DNA of 64,000 nt from Candidatus Versatilivorator sp. (GCA_965207735.1 OZ242296.1:3648001-3712000); one strand, 5' to 3'; shown: positions 36,549 through 46,301, counted from the stretch's first letter. Notes: generated by a model not told the origin, from the letters alone. Made by a program: numbers and translations.

Positions 36549-37955
36549 ATGTTTCCATTGATTGAGAGGTGTTTGCGCTATGGCGCCGGCCTCTTGTTGC
36601 TGGTGCTGGCGGTCATTGGACAGGTCCGATCGGCACCGCAGCTCCAGAGTGCCGACTTCGACTTCAGCATCTATTTTACCGGAAATGTTCGGGGGAATCT
36701 CGAACCCTGCGGCTGACCGCGCAATCCGGCGGGCGGTCTGGCTCGCCGAGCAAACGTCATCCGGGAAAGGGCCAGGGAATTCCCGACCCGTCCGGCCCTC
36801 CAGGTGGAGATCGGCAACTTCATGCAGCGGTTGGGCCCCGATCGAGCGGTCAAGAACGAGTGGCTCTGGAAGGGGATGGAGCTGCTGGGAATCGACGTCT
36901 TCAATATCGGGGGCAACGACGTCGGGGAACTTCAAGCCCTGGGGCTGGCTCTCAGGAAGAACGGGCGGTTTATTTCCGCCAACCTGCTTTCCGCCCAATC
37001 CGGAGATCCGCTGCTCGATCCCTACCTGATCAAGACGATGTCCGCGTCGGCTTCCGCCCCCGCTTTCCGGGTCGGCTTCATCGGGTTTGCGTCGGGGAAT
37101 CACTCTTCCAAGAGTGAGGCGGAATACCGCTGGGAAAATCCGTCCGACAGCGCCGGGAAATGGTTGCCGGAGTTGAGAGAGAAGTGTGACTACGTGATTG
37201 CATTGGCTTGCATGCCCCTTGGCGATGCCATCCAGTTGGCCATCGACCACAAGGGCATCGACATGATTCTCAACGGATTCGAGCATCAATCGGCAATGCC
37301 TCCCATCAAGGTGAGCCGGTCCACCATCGTCTACGCCGAAGACGAAGCCAAGAGCCTGGGAGAGTTGCGCTTTTCCCTGAAGTTGGGCCGGCCGGCAGTA
37401 CAACCCTTGAATCACCGCTTGAGCCGGCGAGTGGCCGATGACGCCGATATGGCCGCCTTTATGGTGAAAGCCAAAGCCGACATCTCGGCCAGACAGACCG
37501 ATATGGCTCTACAGACCGCCCAGGCCCACGGTCACGAGCACGACCATGCCCACGGCCACAGTCACGGCAGCCACCAGGATCACGCCGATTCCGATTTTGT
37601 AACCTCTCAAACCTGCGGTACCTGCCATGCGGATGCCTTTCAGGTTTGGGAAGGCTCGGCCCACGCCCATGCCATCGACATTCTTATCAGGGAACGGAAG
37701 GAATTCGATACCCAGTGTGTCATCTGCCACGTGACCGGTTCGGGGCAGCCGGGAGGATTCGAAGACCTCTATCGCACCGCCCACCTGGCCAATGTCCAGT
37801 GTGAAGCCTGTCACGGTCAGGGGCGGGAACACAGTCAGCAGCCGACCGTAGTCAAGATGGAACCGCTGGGGCCGAATTCCTGTGTGACCTGCCACAATCC
37901 TTCCAACAGCCCCGAGTTCGAGTTCGTTTCCTACTGGGAAGCCATCAAGCACTGA
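36549..37955 (+). CDS. predicted selenoprotein: UshA-like (CGU) domain fused to tetraheme cytochrome c
   Basis: GAGGAGG RBS, ATG 36549, signal peptide, GNLEPCG-TGA(36714-36716)-PRNPAGGLARRA in frame with ORF 36804-37955; CGTCH, CVICH, CEACH, CVTCH. Confidence 0.85.
36727..36748 (+). promoter_or_regulatory. bacterial SECIS-like hairpin
   Basis: CGGCGGGC-GGTCTG-GCTCGCCG: 8-bp stem with one G-U, starting 10 nt after the in-frame TGA. Confidence 0.7.
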
Positions 37956-37968
37956 CGGGCTCTCAACA

Positions 37969-38397
37969 ATGAAACCGCTGACAACCTTGTTTCCCGATCT
38001 CTTCCGTCAATACGCGGCCGACGGTCCCTGGCCGGAGCAGGTGGCGGCGGCCCTTTGGAAGGAGATCGTGGGCGAGCACCTGGCCCGACGCACCCGACCG
38101 GTCAAAATCACTCGATCCAAGCTGGTGGTTCTGGTACCCTCGTCCACCTGGAAGCGGCAATTGAGCTCTCTCCGGGGGGTGATCGTGAGCCGGCTCAACC
38201 AGGTGCTCGGGGCCGGCATCACCCGGGTGGAGTTCAGAATCGACTCCACGGTGGAGCAAGCGCCGCGCCAAATCCCTCCAGCGCCTCCCAAGAGAACCTC
38301 GACTCCAGTCGACCTTCCCCTTCAAGGGATCGCGGACGAGGAGCTCCGAACCCGGATTCAGGCGGCTGCTACGGCCTGTCTGGATCGCGGAAAATGA
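37969..38397 (+). CDS. DUF721/DciA-family protein
   Basis: WKEIVGEHLARRTRP..LVVLVPSSTWKRQL..IVSRLNQVLG..ITRVEF. Confidence 0.8.
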   Translation: MKPLTTLFPDLFRQYAADGPWPEQVAAALWKEIVGEHLARRTRPVKITRSKLVVLVPSSTWKRQLSSLRGVIVSRLNQVLGAGITRVEFRIDSTVEQAPRQIPPAPPKRTSTPVDLPLQGIADEELRTRIQAAATACLDRGK

Positions 38398-38407
38398 GGA
38401 TACTGCC

Positions 38408-38710
38408 ATGAAGATCGATGGCGCCCGGGTGGACTACATCGCCAAGTTGGCCCAGTTGGCGGTGACCGAAGAGGAAAAGCGGGAACTCATCGGACAGATG
38501 AATTCCATTCTGGAGTATGTGGAGCAGCTCAACCGACTGGATACCAGCGGTATCGAACCCACCGCGCAGGTGGTACACACTTCGGAGCAGAATTATAGCT
38601 GGCGAGCCGACCGGTCCCGGGCGGGATTTTCCCAGGAACAGTCGTTGGGCAATGGTCCTGCAACCGGGTCGGGCCACTTCAAGGTGCCGAAAGTGATCTC
38701 GGAGAAGTAA
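38408..38710 (+). CDS. gatC: Asp/Glu-tRNA amidotransferase subunit C
   Basis: VDYIAKLAQL, ILEYVEQLNRLDTSGIEPT, FKVPKVI. Confidence 0.95.
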   Translation: MKIDGARVDYIAKLAQLAVTEEEKRELIGQMNSILEYVEQLNRLDTSGIEPTAQVVHTSEQNYSWRADRSRAGFSQEQSLGNGPATGSGHFKVPKVISEK

Positions 38711-38753
38711 CCCGGTCCTCCCTCCACTTCACCCCTTCGGCCTGAAGGTGTTC

Positions 38754-40199
38754 ATGGACTTCACGAGACTGACCGCCAGGAAAATCAAGGAGCTGATCGA
38801 GCGCGGCGAAGCTTCTGCCGTGGAGATTTGCCGGGCCTTCCAGGATCGCATCCGAAAGCAAAATCCCAAGGTTGGGGCCTTCCTTCATTACGACAACGAC
38901 TTCGCGCTCGACCAGGCCGGTCGGATTGATCGAATGAAGCAGGCCGGAGAGCCGCTGCCGGAGTTGGCCGGTCTGCCGATGGCCATCAAGGACAACCTCC
39001 TGATCCGCGGTCTGCGCTGTACTTGCGGGTCCAGGAACCTGGAAAACTATGTCGCTCCCTACAACGCCACCGTCATTGACCGGCTGGCATCCGCCGGGGC
39101 AGTGTTTCTTGGGAAGGCCAACCTGGACGAGTACGCCATGGGCTCGTCCACCGAGAACTCCGCCTTCCACCCGACCCGGAATCCCCACCGCCCCGACTAC
39201 GTTCCCGGCGGTTCCAGCGGCGGGTCGGCTGCGGCAGTAGGCGCCGACATGGCGGTAGCGGCTCTGGGCACCGACACCGGAGGCTCCATTCGCCAACCGG
39301 CGTCGTTTTGCGGTGTCGTCGGGATGAAGCCCACCTACAGCCGGGTATCGCGCTACGGGATGGTGGCGTTCGGATCCTCTCTGGACCAGATCGGCCCCCT
39401 TGCTCATGGCGTCGAGGACGTAGCCAGGATCCTCACGGTGATCTCCGGCAAGGACCCGCGCGACGCCACCTCCCTGGCCGTGGATGTGCCGGACTACGCG
39501 GGCGGGCTGGGTCGACCGATTGAAGGCCTGAAAATTGGAATGCCCCGAGAGTACCGGAAGAGCGGAATCTCCGAGCCGGTCCGCACCAGGATCGAAGCAG
39601 GTCTGAAGCTGCTTGAGGACCTGGGGTGCCACCTGATCGAGGTGGATCTGCCCCACACCGATTACGCCATTGCCACCTACTACGTGATTGCCATGGCTGA
39701 AGCCAGTTCCAATCTGGCCCGCTATGACGGAGTGCGTTACGGGCTGCGGATTCCCGGACAGGGCGATCTTTCCAGCATGTACCGTGAGACCAGGGACGCC
39801 GGATTCGGCGCCGAGGTCAAGCGGCGGATCATGCTGGGAACATTCGTCTTGAGCTCGGGCTACTACGACGCCTATTACCTGAAGGCACAGCAGGTGAGAA
39901 CGCTGATCAAGCGGGACTTTGAAGCCGCCTTCCAAGAGGTGGACCTCCTGATTTCGCCCACCTCTCCCACGCCTCCTTTTCGACTGGGCGAGAAGACCGC
40001 CGATCCGCTGGCCATGTACCTTTCGGACATCTTCACCATTACCGCCAACCTCGTCGGCATTCCCGGCATATCACTTCCCTGCGGCCTGACGCCCGACGGC
40101 ATGCCGGTCGGGATTCAGCTCCTGGGAAAACACTTTGACGAGCAGGTGGTTCTGAACACGGCCCATGCCTTCGAGTTGGCTGGCGGCTTTGCCCCCTGA
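38754..40199 (+). CDS. gatA: Asp/Glu-tRNA amidotransferase subunit A
   Basis: IKDN, PGGSSGGSAAA, GTDTGGSIRQPA, SSNLARYDG, EVKRRIMLG. Confidence 0.97.
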   Translation: MDFTRLTARKIKELIERGEASAVEICRAFQDRIRKQNPKVGAFLHYDNDFALDQAGRIDRMKQAGEPLPELAGLPMAIKDNLLIRGLRCTCGSRNLENYVAPYNATVIDRLASAGAVFLGKANLDEYAMGSSTENSAFHPTRNPHRPDYVPGGSSGGSAAAVGADMAVAALGTDTGGSIRQPASFCGVVGMKPTYSRVSRYGMVAFGSSLDQIGPLAHGVEDVARILTVISGKDPRDATSLAVDVPDYAGGLGRPIEGLKIGMPREYRKSGISEPVRTRIEAGLKLLEDLGCHLIEVDLPHTDYAIATYYVIAMAEASSNLARYDGVRYGLRIPGQGDLSSMYRETRDAGFGAEVKRRIMLGTFVLSSGYYDAYYLKAQQVRTLIKRDFEAAFQEVDLLISPTSPTPPFRLGEKTADPLAMYLSDIFTITANLVGIPGISLPCGLTPDGMPVGIQLLGKHFDEQVVLNTAHAFELAGGFAP

Positions 40200-40327
40200 C
40201 CTCTCCGGGTTCCTTCTATCGATCCTGCCGGCCTGTCCCTCGGTTGTTCCATGCAACTGCACCCGGCCACAATTCCGGCAGGCTTCGTTTCGGGTGTGGG
40301 TCTTCCTGATCCTCAGGGGAACTGGAA

Positions 40328-41356
40328 TTGAAAACAGACCAATCGGGAAGTCCGCCGGCCGGTCATGCGCCGGCCGGTCATGCGCCGCGCGTGCGTTTTT
40401 CGAAAGCGGCTCTGATCTACAACCCCACGGCCCGGCGGCTGCGGTGGCGGCCGGCCCGCAAGCTTCGGGCGGTATTGGAACACATTCGCTCATTCGGGTT
40501 CGCGGTGGAGGTCCACCCGACGGCCGACTCCCACCATGCCACCAGCCTGGCGCGTTCGGCCTTGCAGAGGGGTTGCGACCTGATCATCGCATGCGGGGGA
40601 GACGGCACCGTCAACGAGGTCGTCGGCGGCATGGCGGGGTCCCGGGTTCCCTTGATGGTGATCCCGGCCGGTACGGCCAATGTCCTGGCGAAGGAAATCG
40701 GCCTGCCCCTGGATTGGGCCGATGCGGTCGGGGTGCTCCGGACCGGTCCGATTCGTCGCATTGCTCTGGGCAGGGTCGGCAGCCGTCCCTTCGTGCTAAT
40801 GGCCGGTATCGGAGTGGACGCCGCCGTTCTGGGTTCGGTGCATAAAGGCCTGAAAACGCTCCTGGGACAGGGGGCCTTCTGGATGGCGGGTTTGCGGCAG
40901 CTCCTGAGCTACCCCTTTACGCCATTCGAGGTTCAGGCAGAGGGAGAATCCCGGCGAGCCACCTTTGCGGTGATCGGCAGAGCGAGGAACTATGGCGGCG
41001 GGTTTCAGATTGCCGGCCAGGCGGACCTTTTTTCGGAAGATTTCCAGGTGTGCCTGTTTCAGACCAGGAGCCGATGGCGTTTCCCCCATTATTTCTGGAA
41101 TGTGCTTCGCCGGAGGCACCATCGCCTTTCGGACGTGCTCCAGTTCCGCACCCGCTCCGTCCTGGTCAAGGGCAGCCCGGAAATCGGAGTCCAGGTTGAC
41201 GGTGAGTTGATGGGCTGCTTGCCGCAGTCGTTGACGATTCAGCCCGATGCTCTGTCCCTGCTCATTCCGGGGCCGGGGGCCGGGGAAGAATCCAGTGGGG
41301 GTGAGGCAGTCACTCCGCGGAAGGCAGGGGACTCTGCCAAAGGGTCCTTCCGATGA
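40328..41356 (+). CDS. diacylglycerol kinase family lipid kinase
   Basis: IYNPTA, GGDGTVNEV, PAGTANVLA, GIGVDA, QVDGE; start uncertain. Confidence 0.9.
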   Translation: MKTDQSGSPPAGHAPAGHAPRVRFSKAALIYNPTARRLRWRPARKLRAVLEHIRSFGFAVEVHPTADSHHATSLARSALQRGCDLIIACGGDGTVNEVVGGMAGSRVPLMVIPAGTANVLAKEIGLPLDWADAVGVLRTGPIRRIALGRVGSRPFVLMAGIGVDAAVLGSVHKGLKTLLGQGAFWMAGLRQLLSYPFTPFEVQAEGESRRATFAVIGRARNYGGGFQIAGQADLFSEDFQVCLFQTRSRWRFPHYFWNVLRRRHHRLSDVLQFRTRSVLVKGSPEIGVQVDGELMGCLPQSLTIQPDALSLLIPGPGAGEESSGGEAVTPRKAGDSAKGSFR

Positions 41357-42029
41357 AGAAGGGTCCCAGGGATTCAATGTATTGGGAGGTCTGGCGGGTC
41401 TTTCGCATGGACTGCACGACGTGAGAGAGGGGATGGAGATCACGGCCGATCAGGCCGATCACGAAGTCGTTGTCGTTCTTGTCCAGCCCGTGACAGGCCA
41501 GACGGACGTCGTGAGCCAGGTCGGCCTCTCCATAGGCCCTTCCGATGGTGGCGTGCTCGCGCAGGATGGCGCTCTGTTGGGCCGGCTCCAGACTGGCAAA
41601 GGCCCCGGAACGCCTGAGAGGGTACCAGATGGCCCAGGGCCAGTCCGGATTGAGCACCGTTCTGCGAGTTTTGTGCAGCAGCCAGTGCTCCAGATCGGGC
41701 TCGAATCCCGAGGCATAGGTTCTCCCCAGCATGGTCAGCTCGGGCTTGGGCGACAGCCCCGCCAACGGTGGGGAGTTCAACAGTTCCCGCCATCCCGTCA
41801 CGAAATAGGCGGGATCCTCGCTCATGCCCAGCACGGCAATGCCCCTCGGGTCGTTCAGGTCCTGATAGAGGACCAGGTCGTGGGAGCTCTGCTCCAGGAC
41901 TCGAATGACCGGTGCGGAACCGGCGCAGTTGCCGAAGACCTGCAGTTGCAGGAACAGGCGGCGATCCAGGCTTTGCCCCCGGGCTCCCCGCTCCTGGACA
42001 TCGATCTTCAGGCCGGCCGAATGGTTCAT
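41310..42029 (-). CDS. chlorite dismutase / coproheme decarboxylase family heme protein
   Basis: WYPLRRSG, ILREHATIG, GLD..DF, MRKT..GPFFIG. Confidence 0.8.
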   Translation of the reverse strand: MNHSAGLKIDVQERGARGQSLDRRLFLQLQVFGNCAGSAPVIRVLEQSSHDLVLYQDLNDPRGIAVLGMSEDPAYFVTGWRELLNSPPLAGLSPKPELTMLGRTYASGFEPDLEHWLLHKTRRTVLNPDWPWAIWYPLRRSGAFASLEPAQQSAILREHATIGRAYGEADLAHDVRLACHGLDKNDNDFVIGLIGRDLHPLSHVVQSMRKTRQTSQYIESLGPFFIGRTLWQSPLPSAE

Positions 42030-42061
42030 TTTCGAATGCGCTCCAATCGTACGGATGGAGG

Positions 42062-42205
42062 TTACTCTTCTCCCGTCTTGTCCAGGGCTTCCCGCAGCCG
42101 GGCCAGCTCCTGCTGCAACCGGACTTGGCGTTGGCCGATACTGAAGACATATCCGAAGAGGATGAGCCACATGATCCCGTAAGCCGCCAGCAGGTAGTGA
42201 TTCAT
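42062..42205 (-). CDS. ccmD: heme exporter protein D
   Basis: 47-aa MNHYLLAAYGIMWLILFGYV..QRQVRLQQEL; 4-bp overlap with the ccmC stop; GGAGG RBS. Confidence 0.85.
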   Translation of the reverse strand: MNHYLLAAYGIMWLILFGYVFSIGQRQVRLQQELARLREALDKTGEE

Positions 42206-42897
42206 CGGACCTCCCTCAGGTGGCGCTGGGCGGTCCGCCGGAGACTCTCGACGGATTCCCGGCTCCTTTCCAGGTCGCACCCCATTTTCCAGAGGCAAAA
42301 AAAGAGCAAAGTAAATGCCAGCACAGTCACCAACAGGGCCAACAGCATATCCGGATGCAAGCCGGAGTCCTCGCCGCCGGCGATCACCGGCTGGGGGTGC
42401 TGAGTCCGCCACCAGCGGTTGGCCATGTAGACGATCAAGGCGTTCACGGCTCCGAAGATACTGACCACGGCGCTCAATCTCGCCCGCTGCTCCGGTGAGT
42501 CCACCAGCCGGCGCAGCATCAGGTAGCCCATGTAGATCAACCAGAGAACGAAGGTGGTGGTGAGCCGGGCATCCCACGTCCACCAGATCCCCCAGACAGG
42601 CTTGGCCCAGATGGGTCCGCTGACGAGGTTGAGGGTCAGGAAGACCGCACCCACCTCGGCCGCCGAGGCTGCCCGAATGTCCCACTGGCGGTCGCGTTTC
42701 CGCAAGAAGCGGAGGCTGCAGAAGCACACCAGGTAGATGGCCAGGAAGCCCACCCAGGCGGCGGCGACGTGGAAGTAGAAGATCTTCTGCACCACCCCCA
42801 TGGTGAGTTCCACCGGCGCCAGCACGAAGATGGCGTACAGCGCCGCCACCATGGCCAGCAGGGCCAGCAGTCCAAGTCGTTTTTGCAAGCTTTCCAT
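42202..42897 (-). CDS. ccmC: heme exporter protein C
   Basis: IFYFHV, WAKPVWGIWWTWDARLT (WWD domain), WWRTQHP. Confidence 0.95.
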   Translation of the reverse strand: MESLQKRLGLLALLAMVAALYAIFVLAPVELTMGVVQKIFYFHVAAAWVGFLAIYLVCFCSLRFLRKRDRQWDIRAASAAEVGAVFLTLNLVSGPIWAKPVWGIWWTWDARLTTTFVLWLIYMGYLMLRRLVDSPEQRARLSAVVSIFGAVNALIVYMANRWWRTQHPQPVIAGGEDSGLHPDMLLALLVTVLAFTLLFFCLWKMGCDLERSRESVESLRRTAQRHLREVR

Positions 42898-42977
42898 CGG
42901 GTCTCTCCGCTCCCGTGTTGGAGCCGACCGAATAATCGGGACATATTACCCAAATATGGAGCCGAGCGCCAAGAACC

Positions 42978-43658
42978 TCATTTCTCGAGGACGTAGTCGA
43001 AGGTCATCAGGGGAAGGGTCACGAAGATGATGTCGTAGGCCGCCAGCACCTGCATCCAGAAAAACATCACCGGTTCCTCCGCGGGTTGGGCGAAATTGGC
43101 GGCCGTAGCCAGGACCGCGCTCAGGATCACCGGCAGGACCAGGGGCACCAGCAGCACCGGCAGCATGACCTCGCTCATGCGGGTGTTGGCGGAAACCGCG
43201 GCCAGCAGGGTGCCCACCGAGGCAAAGCCGAGAGTTCCCAGGAAGGTGATGGCCGCCATCCAGCCGATCCTGGGCCAGATGGCGTAGTTGAAGAGGAGGG
43301 AGAACAGGCAGAGAATGATGGCCTCCGCCAGCAGCAGCAAGAGCAGGTTGGCCAGCATCTTTCCCAGGTAGATGCTGCTCCAGTTCACCGGAGACAACAT
43401 CAATCCCTCCAGGGCGTCATTTTCCTTTTCGCCTACGAAGGATCGGTTCATGCCCAGGAGTCCCGCGAAAATGAAGGTCATCCACAGGAGCCCCGGCCCG
43501 AACTTCCGGATCTCCTCCGAATCCGGCTCGAAAGCGAAGTGAAACATCAGGATGACCAGGAGCCCGAAAAGCAGCATCGAGGCCAGGACATCCTTGGTCC
43601 TGTACTCGGTCAGAAGGTCCTTCGTCAGAATTGCCGCCGTCTGGCTCCAGAACTTCAC
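42978..43658 (-). CDS. ccmB: heme exporter protein B
   Basis: KDLLTEYR, PGLLW, EKENDALEGLMLSP, GKMLAN, LPVLLVPLVLPV. Confidence 0.92.
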   Translation of the reverse strand: MKFWSQTAAILTKDLLTEYRTKDVLASMLLFGLLVILMFHFAFEPDSEEIRKFGPGLLWMTFIFAGLLGMNRSFVGEKENDALEGLMLSPVNWSSIYLGKMLANLLLLLLAEAIILCLFSLLFNYAIWPRIGWMAAITFLGTLGFASVGTLLAAVSANTRMSEVMLPVLLVPLVLPVILSAVLATAANFAQPAEEPVMFFWMQVLAAYDIIFVTLPLMTFDYVLEK

Positions 43659-43740
43659 GCTCGCGCCTCACTCTGCCGGCGATGCTCCCAATCCGAAGTA
43701 ATCGGGTTGCGGCCGATCTCCCGCATTCAACCCCCTGAGC

Positions 43741-44475
43741 TCAGTTCCTCAGGCTCCCCGAGCCGAGAGGCGATGCGTGTAGAAACCGCCGGTAGCGGCC
43801 TCGAACCGCTGCAGAATCGCCGGTCCATTCCGTCACAATGCGGCCGCGGTCCAGAAGGATCCAGCGGCTGACCCCCTGCAGACCCTGCTCCAGGTTGTGA
43901 GTGGCCATGACGATGGTGCGCCCGGCTGCCGCCCATTGTCGCAACCTCTCCGAGAGCAGCTCGGCTGCTTCAAGGTCGAGGCCGGTGAAGGGTTCATCCA
44001 ACAGTACCAGTTCGGGCTCATGCAGGGTGGCCCGGGCAATGGCCAGGCGCTGCTGCATTCCGCGAGAGAAGCCGCGTACGGGACGATCGGCGCTCAGGTT
44101 CAACCCCGCCTCGGTCAGGGCGGCGGCAACCCGTCGGGGCGCTCCCTCGAGTCCGTGCAAGCGGGCGTGCAGCCGCAGGTTTTCTCTGGCGGTCAAGCCG
44201 GGGTAGAGAAAGGTCTGGTGGGCCACCAGGCCGATGCGTTCCCTCCCGCGCTCGGGGTCCTGGTCAATCTCCACGCCGCAGATCCGCACCCGGCCCCGGT
44301 TGGGTCTCACCAGTCGAGCCATGACTCGCAGCAAGGTGGACTTGCCGGCGCCGTTGCGCCCCAGCAACACCACGAATTCGCCCCGCGGGACGCTCAGGGA
44401 AATATTCGCCAGGGCCGGGTTGAGCCCAAACCATTTCTCCACGTTCTCGACCACCACGGCGGTGTTGTCCATCAT
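43741..44475 (-). CDS. ccmA: heme ABC exporter ATP-binding protein
   Basis: GRNGAGKST, FSRGMQQRL, LLDEPFTGLD; located in the ccm cluster. Confidence 0.92.
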   Translation of the reverse strand: MMDNTAVVVENVEKWFGLNPALANISLSVPRGEFVVLLGRNGAGKSTLLRVMARLVRPNRGRVRICGVEIDQDPERGRERIGLVAHQTFLYPGLTARENLRLHARLHGLEGAPRRVAAALTEAGLNLSADRPVRGFSRGMQQRLAIARATLHEPELVLLDEPFTGLDLEAAELLSERLRQWAAAGRTIVMATHNLEQGLQGVSRWILLDRGRIVTEWTGDSAAVRGRYRRFLHASPLGSGSLRN

Positions 44476-44496
44476 CGGATCACTCCTCCCTCGACT

Positions 44497-44650
44497 ACCT
44501 GAAACAAGACAAAAAAGAGTTATCCACGAAGGGACACGAAGGACCACTAAGGCGTTGAGGTGAACCGCGACGGGATACCAAGGTCACGAAGGGATGGTCG
44601 ATAGCTGATTGTTTCACTCTCGTATGATCCGCACGGCAGGTCGGCGGCCG
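44497..44650 (+). repeat. repeat family A, full copy inside the ccm operon
   Basis: cctgaaacaagacaaaaaagagttatccacgaagggacacgaaggaccactaaggcgttgaggtgaaccgcgacgggatacc...gattgtttcactctcgtatgatccgcacggcagg. Confidence 0.93.
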
Positions 44651-44680
44651 GACTTGTATTTAAGGTGCCCGTCGTTGCGA

Positions 44681-45808
44681 TCAGGGGCGCTTCTTTTTGC
44701 GCTTTCGCGCCTGCTGGTGAAGCCGTTCCCGGGATTGCTGACCCAGTGCGTAGAAGATGATGGCCAGGGACAGAGCCGCCAGGATTCCCAAGATGAGCGT
44801 TCGCTGCTCATAGACGCGGTTCGGCAATCGGACCACCCGGAAATCGGAGTCCTCGCCGTGATCGTGGCCGTCATGAGGGGAGTGTTCGGGGGCCTCGCCC
44901 ACGATCCTGAGGTTGAGAAACTCTCCCTCGGCGATCTGGGTGATGTGGAAGGTTGCGGACTCGGTCCGGGAGTCGATACCCGTGGAAACCACCCCCGTGC
45001 CCGTGACTTGAAGGTCGGACGGCTTCACGAACAGTTGAGAGTGGTCGGTCCCGTTGAGCAGCCGAAACTTCAGTTGCCGGTCGTCGCTGGGAAACCGGAC
45101 GTTGTAGGCGACCCAGATTTCATTGATTCCCGGCTTCATGGGGTAGTTGATCCGATAACCGCCTCCGTCCCGGATGAGGGGCCGCTGAGGCAGGGGAATT
45201 CTCCCCAGGCCCAGCACCGACACCTTCAGATCGAGTGGAGAGTCGGGAGTGTCGAACTCAAAGGTCGACTGGGAATTTGCCAGTGTTCGCTTGGGTTGGG
45301 AGTTGTTGGTCAGGAGGTATTGGTGCTCGATCCGCAACTCGTTGCCGTGAGCCAGGGCGACCATGAAGGGCATGGAAACGCCGACATCACTGAGCTGGGG
45401 CGCCGTTTCATAGATGGTCAGGAGCTGAGGATCCGCCATCTCGGCCGTGGAAGACAGCGAGCGGTTGTAGTTGACTCCCCGGTAGATGGTGCGCAGCAGG
45501 ATGTGAGGGCTTGAAGGGGCCAACTCGACCTGTCCGAAGGAAAACCGGCCCTCTTTGCCGGTGAAGGTTTCCTTGGTGACGTTCATGCCCTCTCCCAGGG
45601 TCAGAAGCTCCACCTTCTGGTTGGCTGCCGGCTGGCCGGTGGTCCCGTTGATCACCTGTCCCGAGACGGAGGACTGGGCCCAGGCCGCTTGCCAGCAAAG
45701 GCCGGATACCCAGAGGAGCATCAGAAGCAGGCCAAGGCAGCGGGGGGCCGGGCAACGATCTTCCTTGCTATGCCTGGTGCCCCATTGGCCGGGAATGCTG
45801 GCTATCAT
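44681..45808 (-). CDS. exported beta-rich protein with C-terminal TM anchor (ccm-associated hypothetical)
   Basis: Signal peptide (AAWA-Q), VSGQVINGTTGQPA carboxypeptidase-regulatory-like start, HSPHDGHDHG, C-terminal TM and basic tail. Confidence 0.75.
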   Translation of the reverse strand: MIASIPGQWGTRHSKEDRCPAPRCLGLLLMLLWVSGLCWQAAWAQSSVSGQVINGTTGQPAANQKVELLTLGEGMNVTKETFTGKEGRFSFGQVELAPSSPHILLRTIYRGVNYNRSLSSTAEMADPQLLTIYETAPQLSDVGVSMPFMVALAHGNELRIEHQYLLTNNSQPKRTLANSQSTFEFDTPDSPLDLKVSVLGLGRIPLPQRPLIRDGGGYRINYPMKPGINEIWVAYNVRFPSDDRQLKFRLLNGTDHSQLFVKPSDLQVTGTGVVSTGIDSRTESATFHITQIAEGEFLNLRIVGEAPEHSPHDGHDHGEDSDFRVVRLPNRVYEQRTLILGILAALSLAIIFYALGQQSRERLHQQARKRKKKRP

Positions 45809-45929
45809 GGAAGTCGCTCGGCCCTTCTTCGGTGAACCCCTCGCGGCCATTTTCCCCGGGAAGGCCGGAAGTAGGGGCGGTGTGTCGATTGGAACCCCGA
45901 AGGACGGGGAGGAGTGGAAGGGTGTCGGT

Positions 45930-46301
45930 TCAAGGCTTCTTGGATTTGCCGGGGCGCTTGCCGCTCTTCAGCACAGCCACCACCTGAGGCCGGTCCGTCC
46001 GGTCGAGCGGTTCGGGCTGGATCGATTCGATCTGACTTACCACCTCATAAGCTTCTCTCAGGTAGTCCTGATGGAGTCGCTCGTAGTCTTCGTCGGAGAG
46101 TTTCCCCATCTTGTACTCGAAGTCCAGGTCCTTGATGTTCTCGTAGATGGTCTCCTTCCTTCGCAGCAGGCGCTTCAGGCCGGTGGCGCGGCTGTCGATA
46201 TCCACCAGGAAGGGGCTGCCGGCGGTGGATACCAGCGGGCGGAACACGTAAAAAGCCACGGCCAGGGAGATCAGGGTGCATGTCAGAACCAGCCAGACCA
46301 T
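45930..46301 (-). CDS. CcmI-N-terminal-like small membrane protein
   Basis: TM..VFRPL..RKETIYENIKDLDFEYKMGKLSDEDYE. Confidence 0.75.
   Translation of the reverse strand: MVWLVLTCTLISLAVAFYVFRPLVSTAGSPFLVDIDSRATGLKRLLRRKETIYENIKDLDFEYKMGKLSDEDYERLHQDYLREAYEVVSQIESIQPEPLDRTDRPQVVAVLKSGKRPGKSKKP

Noticed and set aside
36549-36803. Pseudogene interpretation of the in-frame TGA
   Set aside because: Less likely than Sec: the TGA falls in a CxU context with an adjacent SECIS-like hairpin and the rest of the frame is intact; not excluded without seeing sel genes
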